The notes beneath the pieces are model-generated. The model did no database searches. It saw only the letters and a list, made by a program, of their open reading frames with translations, and was not told where the DNA came from. DNA of 64,000 nucleotides from an uncultured Treponemataceae bacterium (GTDB lineage: Bacteria; Spirochaetota; Spirochaetia; Treponematales; Rectinemataceae), in assembly GCA_964404145.1 (NCBI GenBank), contig CAYOIX010000005.1, forward strand, positions 117,196 to 181,195. The letters are read 5' to 3'. Position numbers and translations under genes: made by a program. Below are positions 16,962 to 26,551 of the stretch, piece after piece (position 1 is the first letter of the stretch; the number at the start of each line of letters is the position of its first letter).

Positions 16962-17392
16962 TCTGTCGCTCCCGCGATCGAGATCCATTCGGCCTCGACC
17001 GCAATCTCGTTACCGACGTAGCCGATCCCTTTCTGGTGCACGATGCGCGGCGAGGCCTTCAGGTTCTCGATCTCGGCGCGATAGGTCTCGCCCGGCCTCA
17101 CCTGGCGGCGGAAGCGGGCCTCCTTGATCTTGGCGAGGAAGAAGGTGCCCGCGCCAACGATCCCCATCTTGCGCACCCCGACCCCCCCGCACTGGAAGGT
17201 CGACTCGAGGAGGATGACGCCCGGCACGACCGGGTAGCCTGGGAAGTGGCCTCCGAAGAAGGCCTCCTCGGAGTGGAAGAGGCGATAGCCCACTATGCGT
17301 CCGCCCTCGATCTCGACCCGGTCGGCGAAGAGGAAGGGCGGCCGGTGCGGGAGGAATCCGAGCACCTCGTCGAGCGCCTCCGCGTCGTTCAT
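16955..17392 (-). CDS. fabZ: 3-hydroxyacyl-ACP dehydratase (FabZ-like hotdog fold)
   Basis: LPHRPPFLFADRV...FFGGHFPGYPVVPGVILLES. ATG 17392 overlaps the fabF stop (ATGA). Confidence 0.8.
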   Translation of the reverse strand: MNDAEALDEVLGFLPHRPPFLFADRVEIEGGRIVGYRLFHSEEAFFGGHFPGYPVVPGVILLESTFQCGGVGVRKMGIVGAGTFFLAKIKEARFRRQVRPGETYRAEIENLKASPRIVHQKGIGYVGNEIAVEAEWISIAGATDC

Positions 17393-18684
17393 CGCGGCCG
17401 CCTGAAGATCACTATGCCGTTGTGGCCGCCGAATCCGAGGGATGCCGAGGCGGCCGCTCCCACCTCGAGCCTTCGCCCGACATTCGGCACGTAGTCGAGG
17501 TCGCATCCGGCCTCGATGTCCGGGTTGTCGAGATTGATGGTCGGGGGAACGAAGCCCTCCTCGACGGCTTTCACGCAGACGAGGGCCTCGATAGCGCCCG
17601 CCGCGCCGAGCATGTGGCCGGTCATGCTCTTCGTCGAGGAGATGGCGAGGCGCCTGGCGTGCTCGCCGAAGGCCTTCTTCACCATCAGCGTCTCCGTCGG
17701 GTCGTTGATCTGGGTCGAGGTGCCGTGTGCGTTGTAGTAGTCTATGTCCTCTGGCACCATCCCCGCGTCCTCGAGAGCCAAGGCTATGGCCCGCGCGCCG
17801 CCCGAACCCTCGGGGTCGGGGGAAGTGAGGTGGTAGGCGTCGCAGGTGGCGCCGTAGCCGGCGAGCTCAGCGTAGATCCTCGCGCCGCGCGCGACCGCCT
17901 TGTCCCAGTCCTCGAGGATGAGGGCTGCCGCGCCCTCGCCCATGAGAAAGCCGTCGCGGTCCTTGTCGAAGGGCCGGGAGGCCAGTTCGGGCCTGTCGTT
18001 GAAGGCCGTGCTCAGGGCCTGGAGCCGGCAGAACGCGCCTATCGCGAACTCGGTGATCGCGGCTTCCGCCCCTCCCGCGACCACCGCGTCGCAGCGGCCC
18101 GAGCGGATGAGGTCGAGGGACTGGCCTATGGCGTCGGTGCCCGAGGTGCAGGCCGTTACCGCGGTGTAGGCCGGGCCGAGCACGCCGAGGCGCATCGCGA
18201 TGTTGGCCGTCCCCTCGTTGGAGATCATGAGGGGGACGGTCATCGGGAGCATGCGACCCGGGCCCGATTCGAGCATCTTCTTGTGGGATTCCATCATCAC
18301 TTCGATGCCGCCGATCCCGATGCCCATCACCGTCGCGACTCGCTCGGGAGAGTAGGGGAGCGGCGCCGCCGCGATCGGTCCGGCGTCTCCCCCGGCCGGC
18401 GCGAAGCCTTCGCCCAAGCCGGCGTCGCGCCAAGCCTGGACGGCCGCGGCGACGGCGAACTGGGTGAAGTCGGCCATTTTCCTGGCCTCCTTCTTATCCA
18501 TATAAAGGGAAGGGTCGAAGCCCTTGACCTCGGCGGCCACCTTCGCGTCGGTCCTGGACGCGTCGAACCTGGTTATGGGCCCGGCGCCGGAGCGCCCCTC
18601 CTTGATGGCCGTCCAGAAGCTGGCCACGTCGTTGCCGACGGGACTGATCACCCCGAGGCCGGTCACGGCGACTCTTCGTTTCAT
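17389..18684 (-). CDS. fabF: Beta-ketoacyl-ACP synthase II
   Basis: MKRRVAVTGLGVISPVG..., active-site segments ACTSGTDAIG, HGTSTQINDPTE, GHMLGAAGAIE. ATG 18684 preceded by GGAGGGAG. Confidence 0.9.
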   Translation of the reverse strand: MKRRVAVTGLGVISPVGNDVASFWTAIKEGRSGAGPITRFDASRTDAKVAAEVKGFDPSLYMDKKEARKMADFTQFAVAAAVQAWRDAGLGEGFAPAGGDAGPIAAAPLPYSPERVATVMGIGIGGIEVMMESHKKMLESGPGRMLPMTVPLMISNEGTANIAMRLGVLGPAYTAVTACTSGTDAIGQSLDLIRSGRCDAVVAGGAEAAITEFAIGAFCRLQALSTAFNDRPELASRPFDKDRDGFLMGEGAAALILEDWDKAVARGARIYAELAGYGATCDAYHLTSPDPEGSGGARAIALALEDAGMVPEDIDYYNAHGTSTQINDPTETLMVKKAFGEHARRLAISSTKSMTGHMLGAAGAIEALVCVKAVEEGFVPPTINLDNPDIEAGCDLDYVPNVGRRLEVGAAASASLGFGGHNGIVIFRRPR

Positions 18685-18763
18685 ATCTGCTCCCTCCGTC
18701 TGGATGCGCATGTAATCTACCGCGGCTGGCGCCGCTTCGTCGCCCCCGGTTCGGGAAAGCGGC

Positions 18764-19741
18764 CTACCACCTGATGACGGTCGCCCCGTAGGTCAAGCCG
18801 GCGCCGAATCCGATGAGCATTATCAGCTCGCCCTTCTTCAACAGACCCTTCTCCTCCATCTCGTGGAGGGCGATCGGGATGCTCGCGGCCGAAGTGTTGG
18901 CGTACTCCTCCATGTTCATGAAGAAGCGATCCTCGGGGATGGCCAGGCGCTTCGCCGCGGCCTGGACGATGCGCGCGTTGGCTTGGTGCGGGACTATCCA
19001 CCGTATCTCGTCGAGGGAGTATACGCTGGCATGGACGATCCTCTCGATCAGGACGGTGATGGACTTGACGGCAAAATTATAGACGTTCTTGCCGTTCATA
19101 TAGAGCACGGGCGAGATCGGGGGAGGCGGCTCGAAGGTCCTCGCGCGCTCCTGCTGAACCAGGACGAGGTCCTTCGCGCCTCCGCCATCCGCGCCGAGTA
19201 TGCTCTTGAGGATGCCGCGGCCTCCTTCCTGTATCCGGGACAGGACGGCGGCCCCGGCGCCGTCGCCGAAAAGCACGCACGTGGCCCGATCCTTCCAATC
19301 GGTTATCCTGGTGAGGGCCTCGGCTCCGATGACCAACGCGTTCCTACCCTGTCCCGACTCGAGGAGGCCGGAAGCTACCTGCAGCGCGTAGATGAAGCCG
19401 GTGCAGCCCGCGCCGATGTCGAAGGCTGCGCAGCCATGCGCGCCTATCTTATCCTGGACGATGCAGGCTGTGGAGGGAAAGCCGAAATAATCGGGGGTCG
19501 CGGTAGCGACCACGATGTAATCGAGCTCGTGCGGACCGACTCCCGCCTTGGCTAGCGCCGAGCGCGCGGCATCGGCCGCCATGTCGCTCGTCTGCGCCCC
19601 GTCGGCCGCTATGTGGCGGCAGCCTATCCCGGTGTGCGAGCGAATCCATTCATCCGTCGTGTCTACCATAGCGGCGAGCTCGTCGTTAGTCATTCGACGC
19701 TCGGGAATATGGACGCCCATCGATCGGATCACTACGGACAT
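18764..19741 (-). CDS. fabH: Beta-ketoacyl-ACP synthase III
   Basis: GAGCTGFIYAL (active Cys), HQANARI, NTSAASIP. 325 aa. Confidence 0.9.
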   Translation of the reverse strand: MSVVIRSMGVHIPERRMTNDELAAMVDTTDEWIRSHTGIGCRHIAADGAQTSDMAADAARSALAKAGVGPHELDYIVVATATPDYFGFPSTACIVQDKIGAHGCAAFDIGAGCTGFIYALQVASGLLESGQGRNALVIGAEALTRITDWKDRATCVLFGDGAGAAVLSRIQEGGRGILKSILGADGGGAKDLVLVQQERARTFEPPPPISPVLYMNGKNVYNFAVKSITVLIERIVHASVYSLDEIRWIVPHQANARIVQAAAKRLAIPEDRFFMNMEEYANTSAASIPIALHEMEEKGLLKKGELIMLIGFGAGLTYGATVIRW

Positions 19742-19780
19742 GCAGTCCTCCTCGAGAAGAAATCGGCCGATTCAAGCGTT

Positions 19781-19807
19781 TTCGATATTGATTTGACAAA
19801 TATCGAA
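19781..19807. promoter_or_regulatory. Perfect 9-bp inverted repeat TTCGATATT-N9-AATATCGAA enclosing a TTGACA hexamer, in the fabH/etfB divergent region
   Basis: Read directly. It lies in an AT-rich island between divergent operons. Confidence 0.3.
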
Positions 19808-19938
19808 TGATTGTCAGGTACTGTTAGGATACTGGTTTAGCGACAAAAGTCAATACGACAGAAGTTGGCAAAATGTCTTGGGCCATATTGACATATTCCA
19901 GTAGAACGTTGGATAAGTATGCTGCTGCGGAGGTTGCC

Positions 19939-20832
19939 ATGCCGTATAAGTCAATCGTCCTCGTAAAGCAGGTGCCCGACACCAAGAACATCACCGGAGA
20001 GGCGATGACTCCCGAGGGCACTATCAATAGGACCGCCCTTCCTACCGTCTTCAATCCCGAAGACTTGAACGCCCTCGAGATGGCGCTGCAGGTCCGCGAC
20101 CGCGAGGGCGGCGAAGTCGTCGTCGTCACGATGGGGCCGCCTTCGGCCGCCGACATATTGCGCGAGTCCCTGTTCAGGGGCGCCGACCGAGTCGTGCTCC
20201 TGAGCGACAGGAAGTTCGCCGGCGCGGATACGCTGGCGACCTCCTACGCGCTCGCGTGCGCCATCCGAAAGCTGGGCGCCGTGGACCTCGTCTTCGCCGG
20301 ACGCCAGGCCATAGACGGCGATACGGCCCAGGTCGGGCCGCAGACGGCGGAGAAGCTGGGAATGCCGCAGATCACCTATGCCGAATCCATCGTAAGGCTC
20401 GACGGCAGGTCGATCATCGTTCAGCGCGCCCTCGACCAGGGCACCGAAATGGTGAAGTGCTCCTTGCCCTGCCTACTCACCGTCGTCTCGAGCGCGAACG
20501 AGCCGAGGCCCGCGTCGGTGCGGCGCCGGATCGAGTATAAGCTCGCGGCGACCAAGTCCGAGCAGAAGGCCCTTCTCGCCAAATGGCCCTCCTTCGGGAC
20601 CGAGGAGGCGCTCGAAGCCTACCTGGGGGACCGCGGCCTCGCGATCCCGGTATGGTCGGCGGCCGACATCGGAGCCGAGGAGGACAAGCTCGGCATGGCC
20701 GGTTCCCCGACGCAGGTCTACAAAATCAACTTCGTCGTGCTCGAGAGCGCCGACGCGAAAGACATCGAGCCGACGCCCGAGGGCATCGCGGGCCTGGTCC
20801 AGGAGCTGGTCCGGGAATACATAGTAGGGTAG
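19939..20832 (+). CDS. etfB: Electron transfer flavoprotein beta subunit
   Basis: ATG 19939 preceded by GGAGG. MPYKSIVLVKQVPDTKNITG...FNPEDLNALEMAL... Confidence 0.9.
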   Translation: MPYKSIVLVKQVPDTKNITGEAMTPEGTINRTALPTVFNPEDLNALEMALQVRDREGGEVVVVTMGPPSAADILRESLFRGADRVVLLSDRKFAGADTLATSYALACAIRKLGAVDLVFAGRQAIDGDTAQVGPQTAEKLGMPQITYAESIVRLDGRSIIVQRALDQGTEMVKCSLPCLLTVVSSANEPRPASVRRRIEYKLAATKSEQKALLAKWPSFGTEEALEAYLGDRGLAIPVWSAADIGAEEDKLGMAGSPTQVYKINFVVLESADAKDIEPTPEGIAGLVQELVREYIVG

Positions 20833-20839
20833 GCAAAAG

Positions 20840-21862
20840 ATGAGCGAGACCAGGAACGTTTGGGTCTTCGTCGAGCAGGACGAAGGCCGGATCGCCGACG
20901 TGAGCCTCGAGCTCATAGCCAAGGGCCGTGAGCTCGCGGACCGGCTCGGGAGCGAGCTTTGGGCGCTGCTCTTCGGCGATGGAGTCGAGTCACTCACCAA
21001 GGGGCTGATCGAGACGGGAGCCGACCGCGTCCTCCTGGCCGAGGCCGCCGAGCTCAAGCTATATAGGACTTTGCCCTACGCGCGAGTCCTGACGGGCTTG
21101 GCCAAGGATAGGAAGCCGTACATCCTCCTTTTCGGCGCGACGCCCGTGGGCCGCGATCTCGGCCCACGCGTCGCGAGCGCCTTGCGGTCGGGCCTGACGG
21201 CCGACTGCACCGATCTGCAGATCGGCGACTTCGAGTCGAAAAAGGACGGGGTAGTGTATAGGGACCTCCTTCTCCAGGTACGTCCGGCCTTCGGCGGCAA
21301 CCTCATCGCGACGATCGTCAACCCGAAGCACCGGCCGCAAATGGCCACCGTGCGAGAAGGGGTGATGCGGATGCGCGCCGCCGTTCCCGGACGCCAGGGG
21401 CTGGTCGAACCCGTAAAGTGCGCCTTCGAGCCTGGCGACTTCGCGCTCGAGGTTCTGACCAGGGAGCTACGGCAATCCACCGTCCGGCTCAAGGACTCCA
21501 CCGTCATCGTATCGGGGGGCGCGGGCGTCGCCGGCGAGGAGGAGTTCCGCCTCGTACGCGAGCTCGCCAACGTACTCGGCGGAGAAGTCGGCGCATCCCG
21601 CGCCGCGGTCGACTCGGGCCTCATCGGCAAGGAGCACCAGGTCGGTCAGACCGGCACGACGGTCCGTCCGAGGCTCTATATAGCGGCGGGCATCTCGGGA
21701 GCCATCCAGCACCGAGCGGGCATGTCCGAGTCCAACAAGATCATCGCGATCAACACCGATCCCGATGCGCCCATCTTCCAGATCGCCCAATACAAGATCG
21801 TGGGCGATCTCAACGAGGTCATTCCCCTGATGATCGCCGCCCTGCGCGAGAAGGCGAAGTAG
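20840..21862 (+). CDS. etfA: Electron transfer flavoprotein alpha subunit
   Basis: 340 aa. C-terminal FAD-binding segment VGQTGTTVRPRLYIAAGISGAIQHRAGM...IIAINTDPDAPIF. Confidence 0.9.
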   Translation: MSETRNVWVFVEQDEGRIADVSLELIAKGRELADRLGSELWALLFGDGVESLTKGLIETGADRVLLAEAAELKLYRTLPYARVLTGLAKDRKPYILLFGATPVGRDLGPRVASALRSGLTADCTDLQIGDFESKKDGVVYRDLLLQVRPAFGGNLIATIVNPKHRPQMATVREGVMRMRAAVPGRQGLVEPVKCAFEPGDFALEVLTRELRQSTVRLKDSTVIVSGGAGVAGEEEFRLVRELANVLGGEVGASRAAVDSGLIGKEHQVGQTGTTVRPRLYIAAGISGAIQHRAGMSESNKIIAINTDPDAPIFQIAQYKIVGDLNEVIPLMIAALREKAK

Positions 21863-21874
21863 AAGGAGACGGAA

Positions 21875-23614
21875 ATGGCAGAAAACTTTTACCTCGACAA
21901 TCCAGACCTTCGATTCCGCGTGGAGCGCGCCGATCTGGGCCCCGTCGTGGGCATCAAGGAGAGGGGATATTCCTATGCCGCCTCCCGCCGCAATGCGCCC
22001 CGCGATTTCGCCGACGCCCAGGACGACTGGCGCCTCGTGCTGGAGATCCTCGGAGACATCTGCGCCAATATCATCTCCCCCCGCGCGGCGGAGGCGGACG
22101 AAGAGGGCGCGAGCTACGAGAATGGCCGCGTCACTTATGCCAAGGCGACCCAGGCCGCCATCGAGGCCTTCCGCAAGTCCGAGATACTCGGCTGCATGCT
22201 TCCCTGGGAGTTCGGCGGACTCAACCTCCCGGAGACCGTCTACCAGGCTATGATCGAGATGGTGTCCAGGGCCGAAGGCGGGCTCATGACCATCTTCGGC
22301 CTCCAGGAAATCGCGTCCACGATCAACGAATTCGCCGACGAAGATATCAAGGCGCGCGTATTGCCGCGCTTCGCAAGAGGCGAGGTATTCGGCGCGATGG
22401 TGCTGACCGAGCCCGATGCCGGCTCCGACCTGGGCTCCGTCCAATGCCGCGCGACTCTCGACGCGGCTACGGGAGCATGGCGGATAAACGGCGTGAAGCG
22501 GTTCATCACCAACGGCAACGCCGATATCCACCTGGTCCTGGCCCGCAGCGAGGACGGATCCAAGGACGCACGCGGCCTGTCCATGTTCCTGGTCGAGCGC
22601 GACGAGACCGTGCGCATCAGGCGCATCGAGAACAAGCTCGGCATCCATTCATCGCCGACTTGCGAGATCCAGTACAGCGACAGCCCCGCCCTTCTCGTGG
22701 GCAAGCGCCGCTTCGGCCTCATGCGCTGCGCCATGGCCTTGATGAACGGCGCGCGACTCGCAGTGGCTTCCCAAGCCGTCGGCATCTCCGAGGCTGCCTA
22801 TCGCGAGGCCCTGCGTTACGCCGGAGAGCGGGCCCAATTCGGCAAGACTATCGCTTCGCTTCCGGCGGTCTCGCGGATGCTCGTCTCCATGAAAGGCGAG
22901 ATCGAGGCCGCCCGCGCCCTCATATTCGAGACATCCGTCTGGGTCGACACCTTCAAGGCCTGCGAGCAGAGACAGATAGAGCTCGAGAAGGCCGGGGCGC
23001 CTTCCGATCCCGCCCTGATCTCGCGCAAGAAGCAGGCCTCGAACCTCGCCGACATACTTACCCCGCTCAGCAAGTACTATGCGACAGAGATGGGAAACCG
23101 CGTCTGCTACAAGGGAATGCAGGTACACGGCGGGGTTGGCTACATGCGCGAGTTCAACGCGGAGCGACATTACCGCGACGTGCGCATCACGAATATCTAC
23201 GAAGGAACCAGCCAGCTTCAGGTCGTCGCGGCCTTGGGGAAGATGCTCGGTCGCGGGCTCGATGTCCTCCTCGACTCCTGGGCCGCGGCTCCCCTCCCCG
23301 AAGCCCTCGGAGCGCTGAAGACGCGCCTCGTCGCCAGCACCGAGCTCTTCAAGAAGTGCTGCGACGAGCTCCACGCCGCCGAGCGTGAAGTCGTGGACTA
23401 TTTCGGCGCCGACCTCATGGACATGGCGGCGATGATCATCAACACGTGGCTCCTGGCGCGCGATGCCGGCTTCCCGGGCAAGGAAGGCGAACGCAAGGTG
23501 GAGGTGGCGCTTGCCTTCGCCGCCGAGCACCTGCCCCAGGCAGAGGGATCGGCCGTGGCCATACTCGCCCGCGATATGACCGTGATCGCGGCGAAGGATC
23601 GTATCCTCGTCTGA
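21875..23614 (+). CDS. Acyl-CoA dehydrogenase (long, about 580 aa type)
   Basis: AAGGAG RBS. ACAD segments GAMVLTEPDAGSDLGS, RFITNGN, QVHGGVGYMREFNAERHYRDVRITNIYEGTSQLQ. Confidence 0.9.
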   Translation: MAENFYLDNPDLRFRVERADLGPVVGIKERGYSYAASRRNAPRDFADAQDDWRLVLEILGDICANIISPRAAEADEEGASYENGRVTYAKATQAAIEAFRKSEILGCMLPWEFGGLNLPETVYQAMIEMVSRAEGGLMTIFGLQEIASTINEFADEDIKARVLPRFARGEVFGAMVLTEPDAGSDLGSVQCRATLDAATGAWRINGVKRFITNGNADIHLVLARSEDGSKDARGLSMFLVERDETVRIRRIENKLGIHSSPTCEIQYSDSPALLVGKRRFGLMRCAMALMNGARLAVASQAVGISEAAYREALRYAGERAQFGKTIASLPAVSRMLVSMKGEIEAARALIFETSVWVDTFKACEQRQIELEKAGAPSDPALISRKKQASNLADILTPLSKYYATEMGNRVCYKGMQVHGGVGYMREFNAERHYRDVRITNIYEGTSQLQVVAALGKMLGRGLDVLLDSWAAAPLPEALGALKTRLVASTELFKKCCDELHAAEREVVDYFGADLMDMAAMIINTWLLARDAGFPGKEGERKVEVALAFAAEHLPQAEGSAVAILARDMTVIAAKDRILV

Positions 23615-23677
23615 TTGGTTTCATCCTTTTCATAGGATCCGACCAAGTCAACAAAACCGCTTTCTTTCCCGTGGCGA

Positions 23678-23705
23678 CCCTCCCCTCAGGGGAGGGTTTC
23701 TATTT
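23678..23705 (+). terminator. Rho-independent terminator after the etf-acd operon
   Basis: ccctcccc-tca-ggggaggg followed by tttctattt. Confidence 0.6.
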
Positions 23706-23723
23706 CCTGATAGCATGAATAAT

Positions 23724-23735
23724 AATTGCGCAATT
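23724..23735. promoter_or_regulatory. Perfect 12-bp palindrome AATTGCGCAATT upstream of adhE (candidate operator)
   Basis: Read directly. It is followed by TTTCGC-N18-GCGAAA, also in the AT-rich adhE upstream region. Confidence 0.25.
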
Positions 23736-23787
23736 TGTATTGTTTCGCGACCAGATTGCATCAAATGCGAAAAACAACAGCCGACAC

Positions 23788-23816
23788 TTGACTATTTTCG
23801 CTCAAAGCAATAGGTT
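23788..23816 (+). promoter_or_regulatory. Candidate sigma70-type promoter of adhE (TTGACT-N17-TAGGTT)
   Basis: Hexamers and spacing read directly, about 70 nt upstream of ATG 23885. Confidence 0.35.
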
Positions 23817-23884
23817 TCTTATATCGATAAATAAATAGAGATAAACAAAGGACGATAAACGAGCTTGCGAGATAGGAGGCAATT

Positions 23885-26551
23885 ATGAGCAGCATCGCGA
23901 TGAGGGATCGGAAAGAAATCAAGACCAGAAGGCCCGACGAGGAGATGGCGCGAGTCGGCGAGCCCGCGGTATCGACCTCCGAGTTCGATGACCTCGATTC
24001 GATGGTCAGCAGGGCCAAAGCGGCTCAGAGACTCTATGCGGGCTTCGATCAAGAGAGGGTCGACGCGGTTTTCCGGGCCGCCGCCCTCGCCGCCAGCGCC
24101 GCACGGATAGAGCTGGCCATGGATGCAGTCGCGGAAACGGGCATGGGTATCGTCGAGGACAAAGTGATAAAGAATCAATTCGCCGCAGAATATATCTACA
24201 ACAAGTACAAGTCCATGAAGACGGCGGGCGAGATCGAGCGCGACGAGGCCGAAGGCATCATCAGGATAGCCGAGCCCGTCGGTGTCATCGCGGGCGTCGT
24301 GCCCACCACCAACCCGACTTCGACGACCATCTTCAAGGCCCTGATAGCGCTCAAGACCCGCAACGCCATCGTCTTCTCGCCCCATCCGCGCGCCAGGAAA
24401 TGCACGGTAAAGACCGCGAGGATAATCCTCGAAGCTGCGGTCGCGGCGGGCGCCCCGGCGGGAATAATCGGCTGGCTCTCGGATCCCAGCGTCGAGGACT
24501 CCAACCGCCTCATGAAGCATCCCGATGTAAGCCTGATCCTCGCGACGGGGGGCCCCGGCATGGTCAAGGCGGCCTATTCCTCGGGCAAGCCGGCGATCGG
24601 AGTCGGCGCAGGCAACACCCCAGCCGTCATCGACGAAAGCGCCGATATCGAGATGGCGGTGTCCTCGATCATACTCTCGAAGACTTTCGACAACGGGGTC
24701 ATATGCGCCTCCGAGCAGAGCGTCGTAGCCGTCGACGCGGTCTACGACGCGGTTCGGGCCCGCTTCGCCGCACAGGGTTGCCTGATCCTCGACGAGGCCG
24801 ACAAGGCAAAACTCGCCTCGGTCCTCGTAAAGGACGGCCGCATCAACGCGGAGATAGTCGGCCAGGGGGCGGGCAGGATCGCCGCCATGGCAGGGATAGC
24901 CGCTCCTGTGGGGGTGAAGATCCTTATCGCCGAGGTTGATGCAGTCGGACCGGAGGAACCCTACAGCTGGGAGAAGCTCTCGCCGGTGCTCGCGCTCTAC
25001 CGCGCGCGGGATTTCGAGGCTGCCGTCGACAGGGCAGCCGCCCTCATCGACTTCGCCGGACTAGGGCACACCGCCGTCCTCTATACCGACCCGTCGAACC
25101 GGGAGCGCATCGAAGAGTACGCGAGGCGGGCCCGCGCCGGTCGAGTCCTCGTCAACATGCCGAGCTCCCACGGGGCCATCGGCGATGTCTTCAACTTCAG
25201 GCTCGAGCCCTCCCTGACTCTCGGCTGCGGCAGCTGGGGCGGCAACAGCGTGAGCGAGAACGTAGGTCCCAAGCACCTGCTCAATTACAAGACCGTAGCC
25301 GAGAGACGCGAGAATGCGCTCTGGATCCGCCTCCCGCCCAAGATCTACCATAAGTACGGCTGCCTGGGGCTCGCGTTAGGGGACCTCGCAGGAAAACGGC
25401 GAGCCTTCGTCGTAACGGACAAGAGTCTGGTGGACCTGGGCCTAGCCTCCAAGGTGACGAGGAAGCTCGAGGAGCTCGGCATCGAATGCGCGGTCTTCTC
25501 GGAAGTCCTGCCCGATCCTACCGTCTCGACGGTCCGGGCGGGCGCGGAACGAATGGCCGCATACCGCCCCGACGTCGTCGTGGCCCTCGGCGGCGGGTCT
25601 CCGATGGACGCGGCCAAGCTCATGTGGCTCATGTACGAGCGCCCCGAGTTGAGGTTCGAGGACTTGGCACTGCGATTCATGGACATCCGCAAGCGGATCG
25701 TCGGCGTACCGGAGCTGGGCGGCAAGGCGATACTGGTCGCCATCCCCACGACCTCGGGTACAGGGTCCGAGGTGACGCCTTTCGCGGTCATCACGGACGA
25801 TGCGACGGGAAAGAAGTATCCCCTCGCCGATTACGCGATTACGCCGGATATAGCGATCTGCGACGCCGAGCTCGTCATGTCCATGCCCAGGGCTCTCACG
25901 GCCGCGGGGGGTATCGACGCCCTCACCCATGCGCTGGAGTCGCTCGTGTCCTGCATGGCCAGCGATTTCACGGCGCCCCTGGCGATGGAATCGGCTCGCC
26001 TCCTGTTCGAGTACCTGCCCCGCGCCTACGGGAAGGGCGCCGCCGACCCCGAGGCCAGGCAGGCCGTCCACAACGCGGCGACGATGGCCGGCATGGCCTT
26101 CGCGAACGCCTTCCTGGGCGTCTGCCACTCGATGGCCCACAAGCTCGGAGCGAAGTACCGCCTGCCGCACGGAATGGCCAATGCCCTCCTCATCGAGAAG
26201 GTGATGGCCTACAATGCGGCCGAGGCGCCAACCAAGATCGCGGCCTTCGCGCAGTACAAGCATCCCATGGCGAAGGCGGCCTACGCCAGGCTGGCGCGGT
26301 ACCTAGGCCTGGAGGGCGACGACGACGACCAGCTCCTCTCCTCTCTGATCGCCGCCGTCAGCGAGCTCAAGGCGAAAGTCGGCATTCCGGCCACGATCGC
26401 GGCCGCCGGCGTGGAAGAGGCTGCCTTCCTGGCGGACATCGACGCCCTCGCGCTCGATGCCTTCGACGACCAATGCACCGGAGCTAACCCGCGGTATCCG
26501 CTGATCGCGGAAATAAGGGAATTGTACCTCGAAGCCTACTACGGAAGCTGA
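23885..26551 (+). CDS. adhE: Bifunctional acetaldehyde-CoA / alcohol dehydrogenase
   Basis: TAGGAGG RBS. 888 aa. ALDH half (MGIVEDKVIKNQFAAEYIYNKYK...VICASEQS) and iron-ADH half (GGGSPMDAAK...HSMAHKLGA). Confidence 0.95.
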   Translation: MSSIAMRDRKEIKTRRPDEEMARVGEPAVSTSEFDDLDSMVSRAKAAQRLYAGFDQERVDAVFRAAALAASAARIELAMDAVAETGMGIVEDKVIKNQFAAEYIYNKYKSMKTAGEIERDEAEGIIRIAEPVGVIAGVVPTTNPTSTTIFKALIALKTRNAIVFSPHPRARKCTVKTARIILEAAVAAGAPAGIIGWLSDPSVEDSNRLMKHPDVSLILATGGPGMVKAAYSSGKPAIGVGAGNTPAVIDESADIEMAVSSIILSKTFDNGVICASEQSVVAVDAVYDAVRARFAAQGCLILDEADKAKLASVLVKDGRINAEIVGQGAGRIAAMAGIAAPVGVKILIAEVDAVGPEEPYSWEKLSPVLALYRARDFEAAVDRAAALIDFAGLGHTAVLYTDPSNRERIEEYARRARAGRVLVNMPSSHGAIGDVFNFRLEPSLTLGCGSWGGNSVSENVGPKHLLNYKTVAERRENALWIRLPPKIYHKYGCLGLALGDLAGKRRAFVVTDKSLVDLGLASKVTRKLEELGIECAVFSEVLPDPTVSTVRAGAERMAAYRPDVVVALGGGSPMDAAKLMWLMYERPELRFEDLALRFMDIRKRIVGVPELGGKAILVAIPTTSGTGSEVTPFAVITDDATGKKYPLADYAITPDIAICDAELVMSMPRALTAAGGIDALTHALESLVSCMASDFTAPLAMESARLLFEYLPRAYGKGAADPEARQAVHNAATMAGMAFANAFLGVCHSMAHKLGAKYRLPHGMANALLIEKVMAYNAAEAPTKIAAFAQYKHPMAKAAYARLARYLGLEGDDDDQLLSSLIAAVSELKAKVGIPATIAAAGVEEAAFLADIDALALDAFDDQCTGANPRYPLIAEIRELYLEAYYGS

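Noticed and set aside
17422-18774. 450-aa plus-strand ORF antisense to fabF
   Set aside because: It lies opposite a canonical KAS II gene, has Arg/Gly/His-rich junk composition, and shows no motifs.
21418-23388. 656-aa plus-strand ORF overlapping etfA and the acyl-CoA dehydrogenase in another frame
   Set aside because: It is an Arg/Pro/Gly-rich off-frame translation. The in-frame products (EtfA, ACAD) carry clear family motifs.
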